NCBI GenBank assembly: GCA_002633005.1
Contig: NMRA01000639.1
Span: 15,609-79,608 of the forward strand
DNA length: 64,000 nt
Direction: 5' to 3'
From: Phoronis australis
Taxonomy: Eukaryota > Animalia > Phoronida
The notes beneath the pieces are model-generated. The model had not been told where the DNA came from, did not search any database, and saw only the letters and a list, made by a program, of their open reading frames with translations. Below are positions 12,655-26,100 of this stretch, piece by piece. Positions within the stretch are counted from its first letter, which is position 1. Every line of letters starts with the position of its first letter. A program made the translations under genes and the position numbers.

Positions 12655-13249
12655 CATTTTCGACTGAGCTATCTAAAAACCCAGATCCAGTCTCATCGTC
12701 TGAGTTGTCATCGTCATCTGTCGGTTTAACCGAATCAACAAACTTCCTCTCTGGTGAAGTTTTAAATATGTTTGTAGCTGAAGTAGTCTTTGTTCGCGTA
12801 GGAAATACCGTTGAAGAATCGTGGTGATGGGTTACAACATGGCCGCCAGAGTTACTTCCGCTGTCAGTCTCTGTTCTGACAGTGGTTCTCTTTTCTTTAT
12901 CTTTCCCTGATGTTTGTTCATTACTATAAACTGTATGTTCCCCACGTACTATCTCAATGGTCACTTCGATGTCTGGGTTAATACCCTTCTCTAAGTCTGC
13001 AAACCCGTTTTGGTCCTTTTTGTCGGCGGAATCTGTTTTATCAGCTAGATACAAATCCTCGTCGTCACCAATTACTTGTTTTCCCTGAGTTTTTGGCGAG
13101 TTCGAATCACTGTGAATAGTGAAGTATTTCTCCAGATCATCCCACGTGCCACTTTGTCCATTTTCCATTGGATCTGGAGTTTGTGACGATGATGACGTCG
13201 TCGTTCTCGCTGTTGTACTTCGCAACCGGCTATAAACAGTTGGTACTAT
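12655..13249 (-). CDS. ISM1: Isthmin-like protein, exon 2 (Ser/Thr/Asp-rich N-terminal region)
   Basis: Lies within ORF 12626-13378. Acceptor tcttgtttcag, donor AATG|gtgagt. Contains NPDIEVTIEIV, similar to the conserved isthmin NPNIQVTIEVV motif. Confidence 0.9.
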
Positions 13250-14984
13250 CTGAAACAAGAGGGTCATTAAATGAAATTCACAAGGTACTAAGATACGTAC
13301 CCAAGGGTCCCTGCAGAAAATAATCAGACATAAGGGAAAGCGCCTTTTAGACGAAATTGGCGAGCAGGGAAAGGGCAATGCAATCTTTTGAATCTCGACA
13401 GCATTCTTTTATCATTATTGGGAAAAATAGATATGCCATATGACAAGAACATTACATTCTTAACAACGAAAGAGTCTTGACAATAAACGAGCTAGTTGTT
13501 GAAAAATAATTTATTTAAGTAACGTTCTGGCGTCCATTTCCTACTAAATTGAAGAAAGTTTGAGAGTTCAGCTCTTAATCACAGTTTTTCTCAAATGTAC
13601 GTCTCTGGTCGTCTCTGCAATAATGTCCTCATATACTCACACTGGGTGTATTTAAAGATGGCCTGTCTGGAGAAAACGTTGGTTATATGGCTTTTGGACT
13701 TTTTATCTTCATTGTTTTATGAACAGGTAACAGCGTTTCATCTTTTCATAAATACGTTTGTGTATTAATTTGTGTTTTAAATTTTATTCTGATTCAATCA
13801 GTTTATACTCGCCGATTGTAATGCCTGTTAGTTGACTATTCTACAATTATACATGCCGACTTATAAAGTCTTTACACGTGTCGTGTGAACAAAAAAGAAA
13901 TGAATCGCATTTCCTATAATCAGAGCGGTACAAAAATTTTGTCTAATTTTCAAGTGATCATGTTTTCCTTTGGTGACACGATCACCTCTAATTTAGGTAG
14001 CCATCGGAACATAAAATTTTGCCCCTGGCATGACGGCAAATTCCGGCCAAGTGGAATTAGACATCCCTAAAACAATATACCGCTGGTAACGCGAGAATGA
14101 TAAATACGCTGACCTTTCCCGTGACCTGATGCTTCAGGAAGTCGACTTTATCCCGGTAATCCCTCAGTTGTTAGTGAGCTAAAGTCCTGATAGTGTAAAT
14201 GACTGGATACATGTGTAAACACCGAGAGCGTAACTCTTAGCGATAGGTGACGATGATTGGCAGCTCGAAATGACACATTTTCCTTTTCGAAGTACATTCT
14301 ATCACGCGTAAAACGCCTCCACTGACTTAAATCCGGAAAATATTATTTTTGACCCAATACTTGCCGTATTTTGACCTAATTCTCTATAAACAGTCACGCT
14401 TTCCGCTAAGCAACTAACATTTGATTAATTAAGATCTATCCACATTGGCCTCAATTTGTTCTGACTGCATAGAATTCTAGCCCTGGAATGCCAACTTCGA
14501 TCTCGCGGCCAGTGAGGTTGCGCAGCGCATGCGTGAGATTTGTTTGCATTCGTTTGTTCCGGTGTGTGTACTTGCTATGGAATTTACCGTCATTAAGTTT
14601 TCGTCACTCCGCCGCTCTTGAACCCAATTGCATAAGCGGTTATATCATTGAAAAGGTTCTGTCACTTCTTGATGATTACACCAGAAGCAAAATACACATA
14701 GTTAAATTTATAAGTTATCATTTCGCATACCTAACTGGTTTAGCGATATTTTTTAATTCTAAAAACCAAAAGTGTTACCAAAATGCGTAAAAAGGAAATG
14801 AACCAGAGAGGTTATACAAATGGCTAGTTAAGCCATTAGGAAAATAATTTCGATGATTCAAAAGATTTCTACCCTATAAAGACAAAGGTTTTTGAATATG
14901 GATCCCAAGGTTTCACACTTGCTCGGATAATTTAGTCAGGCATTCATCTAAAATAATGCAATGTTATTTTGAACACCTGTTGCA

Positions 14985-15420
14985 TAGTTGCCACGGTCAA
15001 CACTCAAGAACGAAAAAACGGAATAACTGGATTGAAAAGCGGGACTCCAGGATAAAAATCGGGACATTTGATTCTAAGCCAAAACGTAAGGGAGAAATGT
15101 TCGCTGCAACACCCAAAAACGTACCGACGGCGTTCTTTGTCGAATGGGAGATGAAAAACCTAAAAATGCCCGACAGCGTTTCTTTCGTGTTGTTTTTTAT
15201 TGTTGAATGGGAACCTATAAAACGTACAGTTTTTTCTTTTTAGTAGAGCGGGAAAATATGGCTATGACGCATGGGAAATTACAACAGTGTATGATATTAT
15301 GTCTATTTGGTCGTGTGTCAAAAAGCAGGACATTTAGATGGTGTGGCGGGATGGAGAGAAATTTTTTAAAAAGTGGGACAGTCCGTCAACAGCGCAGCCG
15401 GAGGCTGTTGGCGAATTCAC
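14985..15420. mobile_element. Degenerate hAT-like MITE remnant
   Basis: Begins atagttgccac and ends gttggcgaattc, with several internal gggac motifs. Ends are decayed and no TSD is visible. Confidence 0.25.
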
Positions 15421-15561
15421 TGTACGCTGTCAGTAACACGATGTACGGGATTGAGTTCTTTTGCAAGGTAAACTTATCATTTTAAAAATTTTATTTCACG
15501 TGTATAGGTAAATACTACAGATAACAGTAAACCAAATGAATTATTATAGAAAAACTTGAAA

Positions 15562-15590
15562 ACACACGCACACGCACACGCACACACCAC
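15562..15590. repeat. (CACACG)n microsatellite
   Basis: acacacgcacacgcacacgcacaccac. Confidence 0.8.
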
Positions 15591-17560
15591 ACTTAGTTAA
15601 GCAATTACGTGTAAGTTGCGTAATCACACCTGTTTTTAGGACCTAAACTTTTCATTTAGGCCAATTTCTTTCCCTAAAATTTTGTAACATGATTTTAACA
15701 CCCAAAAATGTCTTGTATAATAGTTTGTCGAAAGTCACGGGTTCTACGACTGGAGCTGTATAGATATCAGAGGCCAAACTATCCTCGGCATCTACCCCAG
15801 GGTCTGTGCTCATAACAAAGATTTTATGGTATCTTTGCTAATAATGAATGTCCAATTGTCGGGTTTGTTGACTACTTTGCAGAGAAATCGCTGATCAGTT
15901 GTACGAAACCGTACCTCAAGAGTCTCGCTTGATGAAAAATATTCACATTTCAACTGATTTAAGGTTACTTCGTTTATTATTTTTGGTTATTAGATTGTTT
16001 ATGTCATTTCTTTGTTTAGGTTATTTTTTAAATACAGGAAGTCATTTTAGTGGCGAGAGAAAGAGCACTGAATCCCTCTTGTTTTTAAAAAGTGTTTATA
16101 TTCTTTGATTTTAGTTATGGCTTTACACTCAATTTTGATGACGTACAATCTCGGGGTGATGAATCGACACTCAGGAATTGAAGTTGTAATGAGTTAGAAA
16201 TTTCTCTGTACGCATGGCAAATCGCAAATTTGGACAGTAAAGGCTCGTGCCACAGTTGTGACATCATCGTTCTGTTGGTAAGCAAGCAAGGGACCCATAT
16301 GTTCACGCACACATCTAACCCGGGCAACGGCTGTAAGGTGGCTAGGTGTACACCTGTCACAATGACGTCGTTAGGACGTCTGCAAGGGATACGCTTCTTA
16401 ATTGGCCGTTGTTTTGATGCTGTAAACACGTTGTACAGGCGTCGCGGTCCTCTGATCTGATCAGAACAAAATTTTGAATTCGTGCCAGTCATGGCCTCTG
16501 ATGTGTAAGTTTAATGCCATTGTGCGGGCACCGCAGTCCAATGAAACGTGGTTTTTCTTCCAATTGTAATGAGGTCGGGATGTCGTAATCGGGACAAATA
16601 GAAGTTCTGTGCCTGGAATTGCAAAGATGTTACACGGACGTCAGAACACCGCAATCGCAACATAAAAAGAATTTTATTCATTTGCAGCGAGCAGTGCGGC
16701 GTCGGGACACCTGCAGGCGTAATTGTAACAAATGGAGTTTTTATTTCTGTTGAAATAACGTTATCTCAACGCAATTTAATTGCATTTGCGTTGCCAACAC
16801 GTGGATATTTTGTCAGACTCGGCGAGTTTGATTGCTGGTTGCACAGGTGTTGTCTCTAAGTCGAAAATCCGACTTATTTCTGTTACCTCTGTCAATCCCA
16901 GTAGGCTTTGCTCTGAATTATATCCGGACATGCGCAATCGTTAAACCGTTTCGGCTGCAACTCCACTATTATCTATTTGTTCCGACCAGGAACGCGATTT
17001 TTCATCTCAGTATGGAACGAGTTGAGAACAGTTTTATAGTAGTAAGTGATCCAAACAAATATATAGTATATATATGTAGTTTCCGTTATTTAGACACCGA
17101 GAGCCTACCGGTATCTTTTGTTGTTGTTGTTGCTTTACCATAATAATTATCCGTAGTGTTATGGTGATTTTATTTCACATCTCCAGCTATCGCAGAAATT
17201 CGAGGCTGGTCTACCGCTTAAAATACTGCGCAACTCAAAAAGTATTTACTTGCGGTCGAGAACGCAATTTTGGGACTCTTGAATGGATAAAAGTTTTTGA
17301 AGTTATTAGCTTTGACCAGACCTACAAATTATAAAAGCCGTTGTCTACCAGACATTCCCTTTAAGTCGGAGCCAACGTTACCAGTTAAACACTGGGGGTC
17401 TCTTAGCTCAGCCAGCAGAGCGTTCGGTTTGGATGCTACGCGAGAGTTTCAGATTAGAATCTGAGCTGGGACAGATCTCAGATTTTTTTGTTTCTAGCCG
17501 ATTATATTTTCTGTCATTTGATTTTTTAGATGAGATGGTCATTGGATAACGCAAACTTAG

Positions 17561-17895
17561 AACAGCATTTCACCTTGTTTAGTTGGGTAAAAGATGAAAT
17601 TCGAATTAGGCTTTTGGCTCTCATAAATCGGCCTCATATTCTTTAGTGTGATGGGATTCCCTGTCTGTTGCCATCTCAAGCTACGGGCAAAGCGTACGTG
17701 CGCCATTTTAGTGTTGGCCAACCCCAGTAAAGTCTGAAGCGTTTTCTTCAGGAGTCGCTGATGGTTTCGATGTTCTGGTTGCTAATATAAATGGAATCCT
17801 ATCACGGTAAAGAACGTTTTGAGACCATTTTTTATGAAAGAAAAATCCTAATACGATTTTCGTTTTTAGCCTGATAAACAAGGTGAAATAGAGCT
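17561..17895. mobile_element. TTAA-ending non-autonomous element with long imperfect TIRs (Kolobok-like); related right end at ~31690-31868
   Basis: Left catttcaccttgttta pairs with right taaacaaggtgaaat, and the right end is followed by TTAA. The right ~170 bp align with 31690-31868, which also ends ...gggcct|TTAA. Confidence 0.55.
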
Positions 17896-17900
17896 TTAAT

Positions 17901-18045
17901 TATATGCCCACAGTCTGTATACTCTTTATTATGCGCCCACAGTTTGTATAATCTTTAGTATGCACCCACAGTCTGTATACTCTTTGTTATGCGCCCACAG
18001 TTTACATATTCTTTATAACGGGCCCACAGTCTGTATACTCTTTAT
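17901..18045. repeat. 29-bp minisatellite, 5 copies
   Basis: Unit ~tatgcgcccacagtctgtatactctttat, repeated at 17901, 17930, 17959, 17988 and 18017. Confidence 0.95.
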
Positions 18046-18080
18046 ATTTCTCGATACGAAATATGCACACAATCGTTGTC

Positions 18081-18165
18081 GTGATTTTCTGAGATCAGCG
18101 CGGCATCGAACCTGCAACCCCGCGGTCACAGTCTAACGCTCTGCGGCGCAGGTAAACCCAACTCG
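18081..18165 (-). mobile_element. Degenerate tRNA-related SINE fragment (homologous to 9895-9988)
   Basis: Reverse complement contains gagcgttagactgtgaccgcggggttgcaggttcgatgcc (tRNA-like, with B box). Confidence 0.5.
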
Positions 18166-18359
18166 ATAATGGGTTGAGTCTTGGTTTCTCTGACGTCATG
18201 GCCTCGATTTTTGCCAATACCTCGCAAACTACGGCGAAAGTTGGCAGTTTGTAATAAAGTCACAAAAACACAACTGATGTTGTTTCATACCTCTGATCAA
18301 AAATTCTTTCCCATCCAAAAACAATCCCAATATGCATGAAAGCGATGATGATCCTTTAA

Positions 18360-19315
18360 AGTGACATAATTGGCGACAATAAACGTGAAATAAAATACGC
18401 CAAGTTGCACAGAACTGTACGAATTCATCTCATACAACCCTTGCACAGTTGTTCGGAACCTTTTCAGGAAAATACTTCGAGGCCGGTAACTTTCGACTTC
18501 CTCTACTCTAGAACCACGTGACCGTGAGGTACCTCCTTACTTGCCAGAGTTCAGGCGTGATATCCAACAACACAGTACTACTACAATGTTGTACAGTAAT
18601 AGCAGCCCCCTGAAAAACTACATAGTTTAGCAATTACAATTGTCAAGTTCTCGTATTTTTAAAGCGGATTTGACCATTAAGGAAACCGAATTTTGGGTAT
18701 TTTTGCCGTCTGGCCGTGACCATTCGAATTTTTCAGACTCAGTGAAGGATTCAATCCGTTAATTAGTCTAAGACTGGAAACACTATAAGCTTTGCAAAAA
18801 GAATTTTAGGTTTACACTTAAAGTCAATCAAAAGTAAGCATGAATGCCATGCTATTTCTAGAAGACGGGACAGGAATGCAAACCCACCCGGCTGTCTACC
18901 CGAGAAAGTTCGGTATTTCTGGAAATGCGGCAGTCAAGGTCTCGATTTTGTTCCCAAATGCTTACTCTAGAGAGATTACTATTCCAATGTGCTGCGGGTT
19001 TTCGCCTCTTTTTTCACATAAACTCAGGTGATTAATCCTTGACTTTTTTCAAGCTGACTTTGAACAGCGCTACTGACAGAACTCTCGCCGGTCATTTTTA
19101 CGGCGCCTGGCATGAAGGCGAGGTCGCCTCCTCGATCTCAATTAATTTTGAATGGAAGTTTTTGTTAGGAATCGGCGAATTATAATAGAATCACAAAAAC
19201 CACAACAGATTTTGCTATTTTATAGCTCTGGTCAAAGTTAATAGCTTAAGGAAGTCAATGCCAGCAAAAGAACACTCAAAATGCGTTTTTTCGGACGTAA
19301 AAGCGGTCGTGTCCT
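18360..19315. mobile_element. TTAA-flanked non-autonomous Kolobok-like element (inverted relative to 43259-43600)
   Basis: TTAA|AGTGACAT ... GTGTCCT|TTAA. Subterminal tatagctctggtcaaagttaatagctt is the reverse complement of aagttattagctttgaccagagctata in the 43.3 kb copy. Confidence 0.65.
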
Positions 19316-20605
19316 TTAAAACGAACACAACAAACTTTGGGTTAACGATGAACTCTTAAATTTAATAGCCGACACCCGCTTTCATTTAAATAGTCGAAGG
19401 ACTCCAAGAAGATCATCAAAGGAGAAGTGGTTTTGTGCAGACTTTTGTTCGACAAAATTGAGATTTTCAATTTACTTTTGACTGGAGGGTTCGTCTACAG
19501 CTCATGTGTCAGGCGAACCGTAACGCGACAAACTGGCTTTGATCTGAAAATGTTTTCCAAACGATTTTACAATTTCTGTCTAGTACATGTCAAGTGACCG
19601 AGTGCATTTCTCGCTAATTAGTTACTAGTTTTGTTCAACGAATGGTCTCCATAGCCAAAAACAATAAGCAACCAAAATGATATACTTGCTTTCAACGTAC
19701 AGATCAAAGACTAAAACACAGCCGCGGCATGCTGGTTTTAGGGACAGGGCGAACATGTTTCCTTCAAGAGTTGTTTTTGCCCCCCCATGTCATATCCTAG
19801 CTAGATCCGCCAGTGTGTTTCTGCTATGCTGGGAATGTTAATGTACGTGTGGACGACGGGTCATTTTAGGAATGTTGTTAGGGTCAGCTTCTATCTCTGC
19901 TGGGGAGACCAGATTTCACTTCTTTACAAACTGTGCCGTAAATTATCGCACGTTCTTGTATCAAAATCGAGTTGCGTGGCTAACGACACCCCTGGTGGCA
20001 GCGATGAGGTCCCAGTAAGAATTTCGGGTCATGAAGGTCACCGATAAACCCAAGTTCTGTTTTCGTACCCCTAATTAGTTCCGAATAGTTTCTACGAGTA
20101 CCAACTCCTGAGCTCCATTTAGCGAAGAAAACGGAGACTGTTTTGCAGTACGTGACATAATTGTAAAATTACTGTTTCTTTGAATAGATTCAGTTAGGCT
20201 GCCAGTGAGACCGGACGCTTATCGTGGTGTTTGTTACACATACACTTGCGTACAAACACTGTCACACAAACACACGGTCGAACATACTTAACGAGTCATG
20301 CCCCACATTGACTCAGTGAGAATATCATTGGACATGTAACAACAAATATTTATCCACTACAGATAGCTTTGATCTAGTTATCAGCCGCCTCACCATCGCT
20401 TGTGTTCGCACAAACCACTGAAAGGAATAGCAATGTAGAAAGTTGCAGCAAGGACAAGTACCATTTAACCAAAATTTTTTGATGGAATGTTGGAAATATC
20501 TGCTGTACCCACTAAAATTCTGAATCATAATCACTTCAAAGCAATATTTTTAGCATTTACGTTGAGCCTTTCAAAACAGTTATCTTATTGAAGTTTGAAC
20601 TTTTT

Positions 20606-21190
20606 CATAATCATCATCATCATCGTGAGTCGTCGTCGTCATCGTCGGCATCATCATCATCATCATCAACGTCATGATCATGATCTTAATTAATGATGAT
20701 GATTACCATCATCACTACCATGATTGTGTTGTTGTCGTCATCATCGCCATCTCAAGAATCACATCATCGTTATGTTATCGTCATTATCATCGTCATCACC
20801 ATCATCATCACTATCATCGTCATCACCATCATCATCACCATCACCATCACCATCAACATATCTTCATCATCATCATCATCAATATCATCATCATCATCAT
20901 CATCATAATGATCATTGTCATCGTCATCGTCATCATCATGATCACCATCATCATCTCATCATCATAAATCGTCATCATCATCACTATAATCATCATCATC
21001 ATCATCCCCACCACTCTCACCACCGTCGTCTCGTTTTCATCATCATCACCATAATCACCATCAAGCGTCATAAAAGTGTTCGTCATCATCGTCGTCATCA
21101 TCGTTAAGAAAGCCAGGAGCGTTTCCCATGATGTCGCAGTCGCTGTTATTTTCACCCTCAAAAACTGTCATCGTCATCACCGATGACTAT
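20606..21190. repeat. Degenerate (CAT/CGT/CAC)n trinucleotide microsatellite
   Basis: Long catcatcat/cgtcat/caccat tract; source of the His-, Ile-, Ser- and Met-rich ORFs. Confidence 0.95.
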
Positions 21191-22603
21191 CGTGAAGATG
21201 TGATATATTCTTCACTGTTCATATCATACATTCTACCCCCACCTCCTGTCGTCAAATGAGACCATTCGTGAAAACAGGGTTCCCAAAACAGAGTCCCGAT
21301 GCACAACGCAAGCCATTCGCGAGTGGTAGCAAGTGTAATCTTGCAGTTATAAGCCTTTAGGAAGGCAGTCCTGAGGCCTGCTTCTCCAAGAGACTATTGG
21401 CTTTGACTTAAGCCAAAAGTCGCAAATCTGACTACGAATAGCCAAGTGTTTATTTTTTTGTCTTTTGCGTTTCTTTTCTATCCAATCGGACAGACTACGG
21501 AATTTTGTGTTTTGACCAGGAGGCGAGTCGTAAACAGAGTTTGCCAACTTTCAGCCTGTTACAGTGAAACAGGCTAGGCCACCCGTAGACTGTTCTTAGC
21601 CTAAAGTCAAAAGAGAAAAACCAGTAGACTCTTCGAGAAACACGACCCATGATTGTGAATGAAGACCGTTTTCAATGATTAACATACACACGCGAACATT
21701 TTTTCCAAGTCAGTTTTAGTTTTCTATTGTGCATTGGGTTCAACGCGCATTGGGCTTTGGTTGATCACATGTAAACGATAATTCGCACAGTATCGTTTTT
21801 CTCTGTGGGGGAACAGGCCATCCAACGGAGGTATTATCTGATAACCTGAAGTGCAAGCTTGTCCGCACAACAGGACCATCACGCCTCCGAGCTCTCCCGT
21901 ATGCCCGAATGAGTGAACGGCATTTTCACAACACTTATTGGACTCAGCGTTTGATTTCATGTTATACAAAGAAATCAATTGGCGAACGACCTAGCAAATT
22001 TTGTTTTCCTCAAATTTTGCATGTAACTTCCCTTTCTCAAATCATGTCGTCGTAGACACGTCGGTTTATTTTTACAAGTTCCGTCAATAACTAAATTTAA
22101 AATATTTGTCGTCGTGTGCATGGGTATCCTGGGATATTATCTTGTGTGCGTGGATCGTGCAACCTGACTGTAATCCGCGCTACTTTGAAGTAGTCGTTCA
22201 AGTAAACATTAAACCATATGTGAGAGTTAAAACGAGTTTAAATGTTTTATCTACACATTTTAACAACTTCGCACGTGTTCATATTCGACGATTACTCGTG
22301 TCATGGACGAAANGAATATCATTGGACATGTAACAACAAATATTTATCCACTAGAGATAGCTTTGATCTAGTTATCAGCCGCCTCACCATCGCTTGTGTT
22401 CGCACAAACCACTGAAAGGAATAGCAATGTAGAAAGTTGCAGCAAGGACAAGTACCATTTAACCAGAATTTTTTGATGGAATGTTGAAAATATCTGCTGT
22501 ACCCACTAAAATTCTGAATCATAATCACTTCAAAGCAATTTTTTAGCATTTACGGCGAGCCTTTCAAAACAGTTATCTTGTTGAAATTAAGTTTGAACTT
22601 TTT

Positions 22604-23130
22604 CATAATAATCATCATCATCGTGAGTCGTCGTCGTCATCGTCGTCATCATCATCATCATCAACGTCATGATCATGATCTTAATGATGAAGATGATTAC
22701 CATCATCACTACTATGATTGTGTTGTTGTCGCCATCATCGCCATCTCAAGAATCACATCATCGTTATGTTATCATCACTATCACCGTCATCATCACCATC
22801 ATCATCGCCATCACCATCAACATATCATCATCATCATCAAAATCATCATCATCATTATCATTGTCATCGTCATCATCATGATCACCATCATCATCTCATC
22901 ATCATAAATCGTCATCATCATCATTATAATCATCCTCATCATCATCCCCACCACTCTCACCACCGTCGTCTCGTTTTCATCATCATCACCATATCACCAT
23001 CATGCGTCATAAAAGTGTTCGTCATCATCGTCGTCGTCATCGTTAACAAAGCCAGGAGAGTTTCCCATGATGTCGGAGTCGCTGATATTTTCACCCTCAA
23101 AAACCGTCATCGTAATCACCGATGCCTATC
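22604..23130. repeat. Degenerate (CAT/CGT/CAC)n microsatellite, second copy
   Basis: Length variant of 20606-21190. Confidence 0.95.
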
Positions 23131-26100
23131 GTGAAGATGTGATGTATTCTTCACTGTTCATATCATATATTCTACCCCCACCTCCTGTCGTCAAATGAGA
23201 CCATTTATGAAAACAGGGTTCCGAAAACAGAGTTCCGATGCAAAAAACGCAAGCCATTCGCGAGTGAAAGCATGCGCAATCTCACAATTATAAGCCTTTA
23301 GGAAGGCAGTCCTGAGGCCTGCTTCTCGAAGAGACTATTGGCTTTGACGCCAAAAGTCGCAAAACTGACTACGAATACCCAAGTGTTTATCTTGTCCTTT
23401 TGCGTTTCTTTTCTATCCAATCGGACAGACTACGGAATTTTATGTTTTGACCAGGCGGCGAGTCGTAAACAGAGTTTGCCAACTTTCAGCCTGTTACCGT
23501 GAAACAGGCTAGGCCACCCGTAGACTGTTCTTAGCCTAAAGTCAAAAGAGAAAAACCAGTAGACTCTTCGAGAAACACGACCCATGATTGTGAATGAAGA
23601 CCGTTTTCAATGATTAACATACACACGCGAACATTTTTTCCAAGTCAGTTTTAGTTTTCTATTGTGCATTGGGTTCAACGCGCATTGGGCTTTGGTTGAT
23701 CACATGTAAACGATAATTCGCACAGTATCGTTTTTCTCTGTGGGGGAACAGGCCATCCAACGGAGGTATTATCTGATAACCTGAAGTGCAAGCTTGTCCG
23801 CACAACAGGACCATCACGCCTCCGAGCTCTCCCGTATGCCCGAATGAGTGAACGGCATTTTCACAACACTTATTGGACTCAGCGTTTGATTTCATGTTAT
23901 ACAAAGAAATCAATTGGCGAACGACCTAGCAAATTTTGTTTTCCTCAAATTTTGCATGTAACTTCCCTTTCTCAAATCATGTCGTCGTAGACACGTCGGT
24001 TTATTTTTACAAGTTCCGTCAATAACTAAATTTAAAATATTTGTCGTCGTGTGCATGGGTATCCTGGGATATTATCTTGTGTGCGTGGATCGTGCAACCT
24101 GACTGTAATCCGCGCTACTTTGAAGTAGTCGTTCAAGTAAACATTAAACCATATGTGAGAGTTAAAACGAGTTTAAATGTTTTATCTACACATTTTAACA
24201 ACTTCGCACGTGTTCATATTCGACGATTACTCGTGTCATGGACGAAACCTAGTATTGTCTAGTGGTTCAGTCAGATAACTCGAGTCAACGAATTCAGTTC
24301 CAAGCTCTTGACAAAATAGCAAAACGGTATTCGTATTCCATTTTCTTTATCAACAACGGTGTGGAGCATTTTACGGAAGGGTTTACGTCTTATTACGTGA
24401 TGGTTTTGCGCTACACTACCGCCGGAAAATCGCTGTTTGATTGTGGTCAGCAAACCGTATCATAAGGAAACCATATTATTGTACAAACAAAATATCCCCA
24501 GGGGTATTTGCACCCATTTAGCACGAAATAGGTCGGGTATTGCGTTTGTGGACTTGGTTTGTGTACATATTTTTGAGTGACCATACTATTTTGACGCCGC
24601 CCAATGAATACGCCATGGAGTCCCGATGTTTTGTCAACGGGTCTGTGACCCTTGATGGCGTAAGGAATCCGTGAGAGCCGGACGCAAAAGCATCATACAA
24701 TGTCTGTCAAGTACTTGTTATATTTTAACCTGGCTCCATGTGTTTCACAATGATTGATTTCTTGTTATCACATTTCAATGCCCACATTCTACTTATTGAA
24801 AACAGTTTATACATTTCATATTCTATATCCATTACTGCCAACACCTAGTCTCTTTTTAGTTTCAAAACAGAACCTGTGACGTAAAACATTTTTCTGGGAC
24901 ATACGTCGAACATAATTACTGTACACTGAAGGCTACTTGTGTGTACAGCAAAAAACCGGTCTACTACATCTCGGCGTGTGTGCATTGCTTGCCGTGAAAC
25001 ATTATTTGTTTAAGACTGAAACATATCACGGCTTTTCAAAAATGTATTATCTTATCGCCGCTGTTTTTACTTGTGAATAGATTGACGTAACGTTATGTTT
25101 CGCAAACGCTTATTTCTTGAGTGCTACCGGCTCTCGTGAGCGGATGTAAGCCACGCAACATTGCTACCTTGACTGAAATACTTTACGATAAGTCCATTTG
25201 CGTAGACGTATCTTCTAAATCCGCCTCCGGTAAACAAGCCACTTCACGCTAGAGCACTTCGCCGTGCATTGTATGTCTCTGACCTCGAGTGAGGTCGGCG
25301 CCTACCTTCTGCCAAATTTTGGCGGCACTATGGAAAAGCATATCTGGCGATAAACGATAATTAGGTAGTTTGCTTTTGCCACTAATTGCCGCGATGAATT
25401 GTGGGTGTCGAAAACAATCAGTCTGACGTGCCATTATAGCAAGATGTAGGTTTGAAATTTACCATGTAAACTTTTCCCTTTGAAATTCAAGTCCAGCAAC
25501 GCTGCAAATACCTAGACCACCTTTACCTTTGGACATGGCGGCTGTTTTCAGCAATCCAGTCGTGCTAGTGGTGTGCGAAGCTCAGCCTATAACCGGACGC
25601 GTATTAAAAATTTGGCGACTATCGGCTTTGGATGTTTACGTACACAGGACGCTCTTAATGCAATGGTCAACCAAAGCTGACTCAAGTAATAGCGTTGGTC
25701 ACGGACCCGTGACCAACTGGCAGCGAGACGACGAGGTTTTGATGTCTGGGGGAAATGAGTCAAACGACAGCTTGAAGACGAAAACAAATCATTCACAACA
25801 GAAATACCGTGTCGTGATTTTCCATTTTTTATTTTGAAATATTTTTGTTCATAAAAAGAATAAAGGATTCCTGTCAAATAAAAGTGCTCCTTCCAGTGAC
25901 ACGATTTATCAACAGCGCGACAATCACAGGGCGCGTACTATTTTCCCGGGTCGACGTAAAGCGATTAAAGGTAGTCACGGTGGTATTGCGGTCAAATTTA
26001 CCATAATTACAACGATTCTTAAATACAAAACGTGGCACTATGTTTGAAATCTGGAGTCTGTGACATACTGCAACCGGACTTACAACCATGGTAATAACGG

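Larger units (their letters stand above)
20320..24247. repeat. ~2-kb tandem duplication (20320-22312 and 22314-24247) joined by a single N
   Basis: Both copies start gaatatcattggacatg and end tcatggacgaaa, with N at 22313. The distal ~800 bp appear identical; the proximal parts differ by SNPs and indels. Confidence 0.95.

Noticed and set aside
17901-18045. CRISPR-like repeats
   Set aside because: Units are directly adjacent with no unique spacers, the context is eukaryotic, and there are no cas genes.
19988-20003. CTCF-like motif CCCCTGGTGGCAG (similar at ~2505, ~8805, ~38461)
   Set aside because: Short motif matches are expected by chance in 64 kb, with no independent support.
20674-23134. 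His-, Ile-, Ser- and Met-rich ORFs
   Set aside because: They are translations of an intronic (CAT)n microsatellite in several frames, and frames differ between the two copies.
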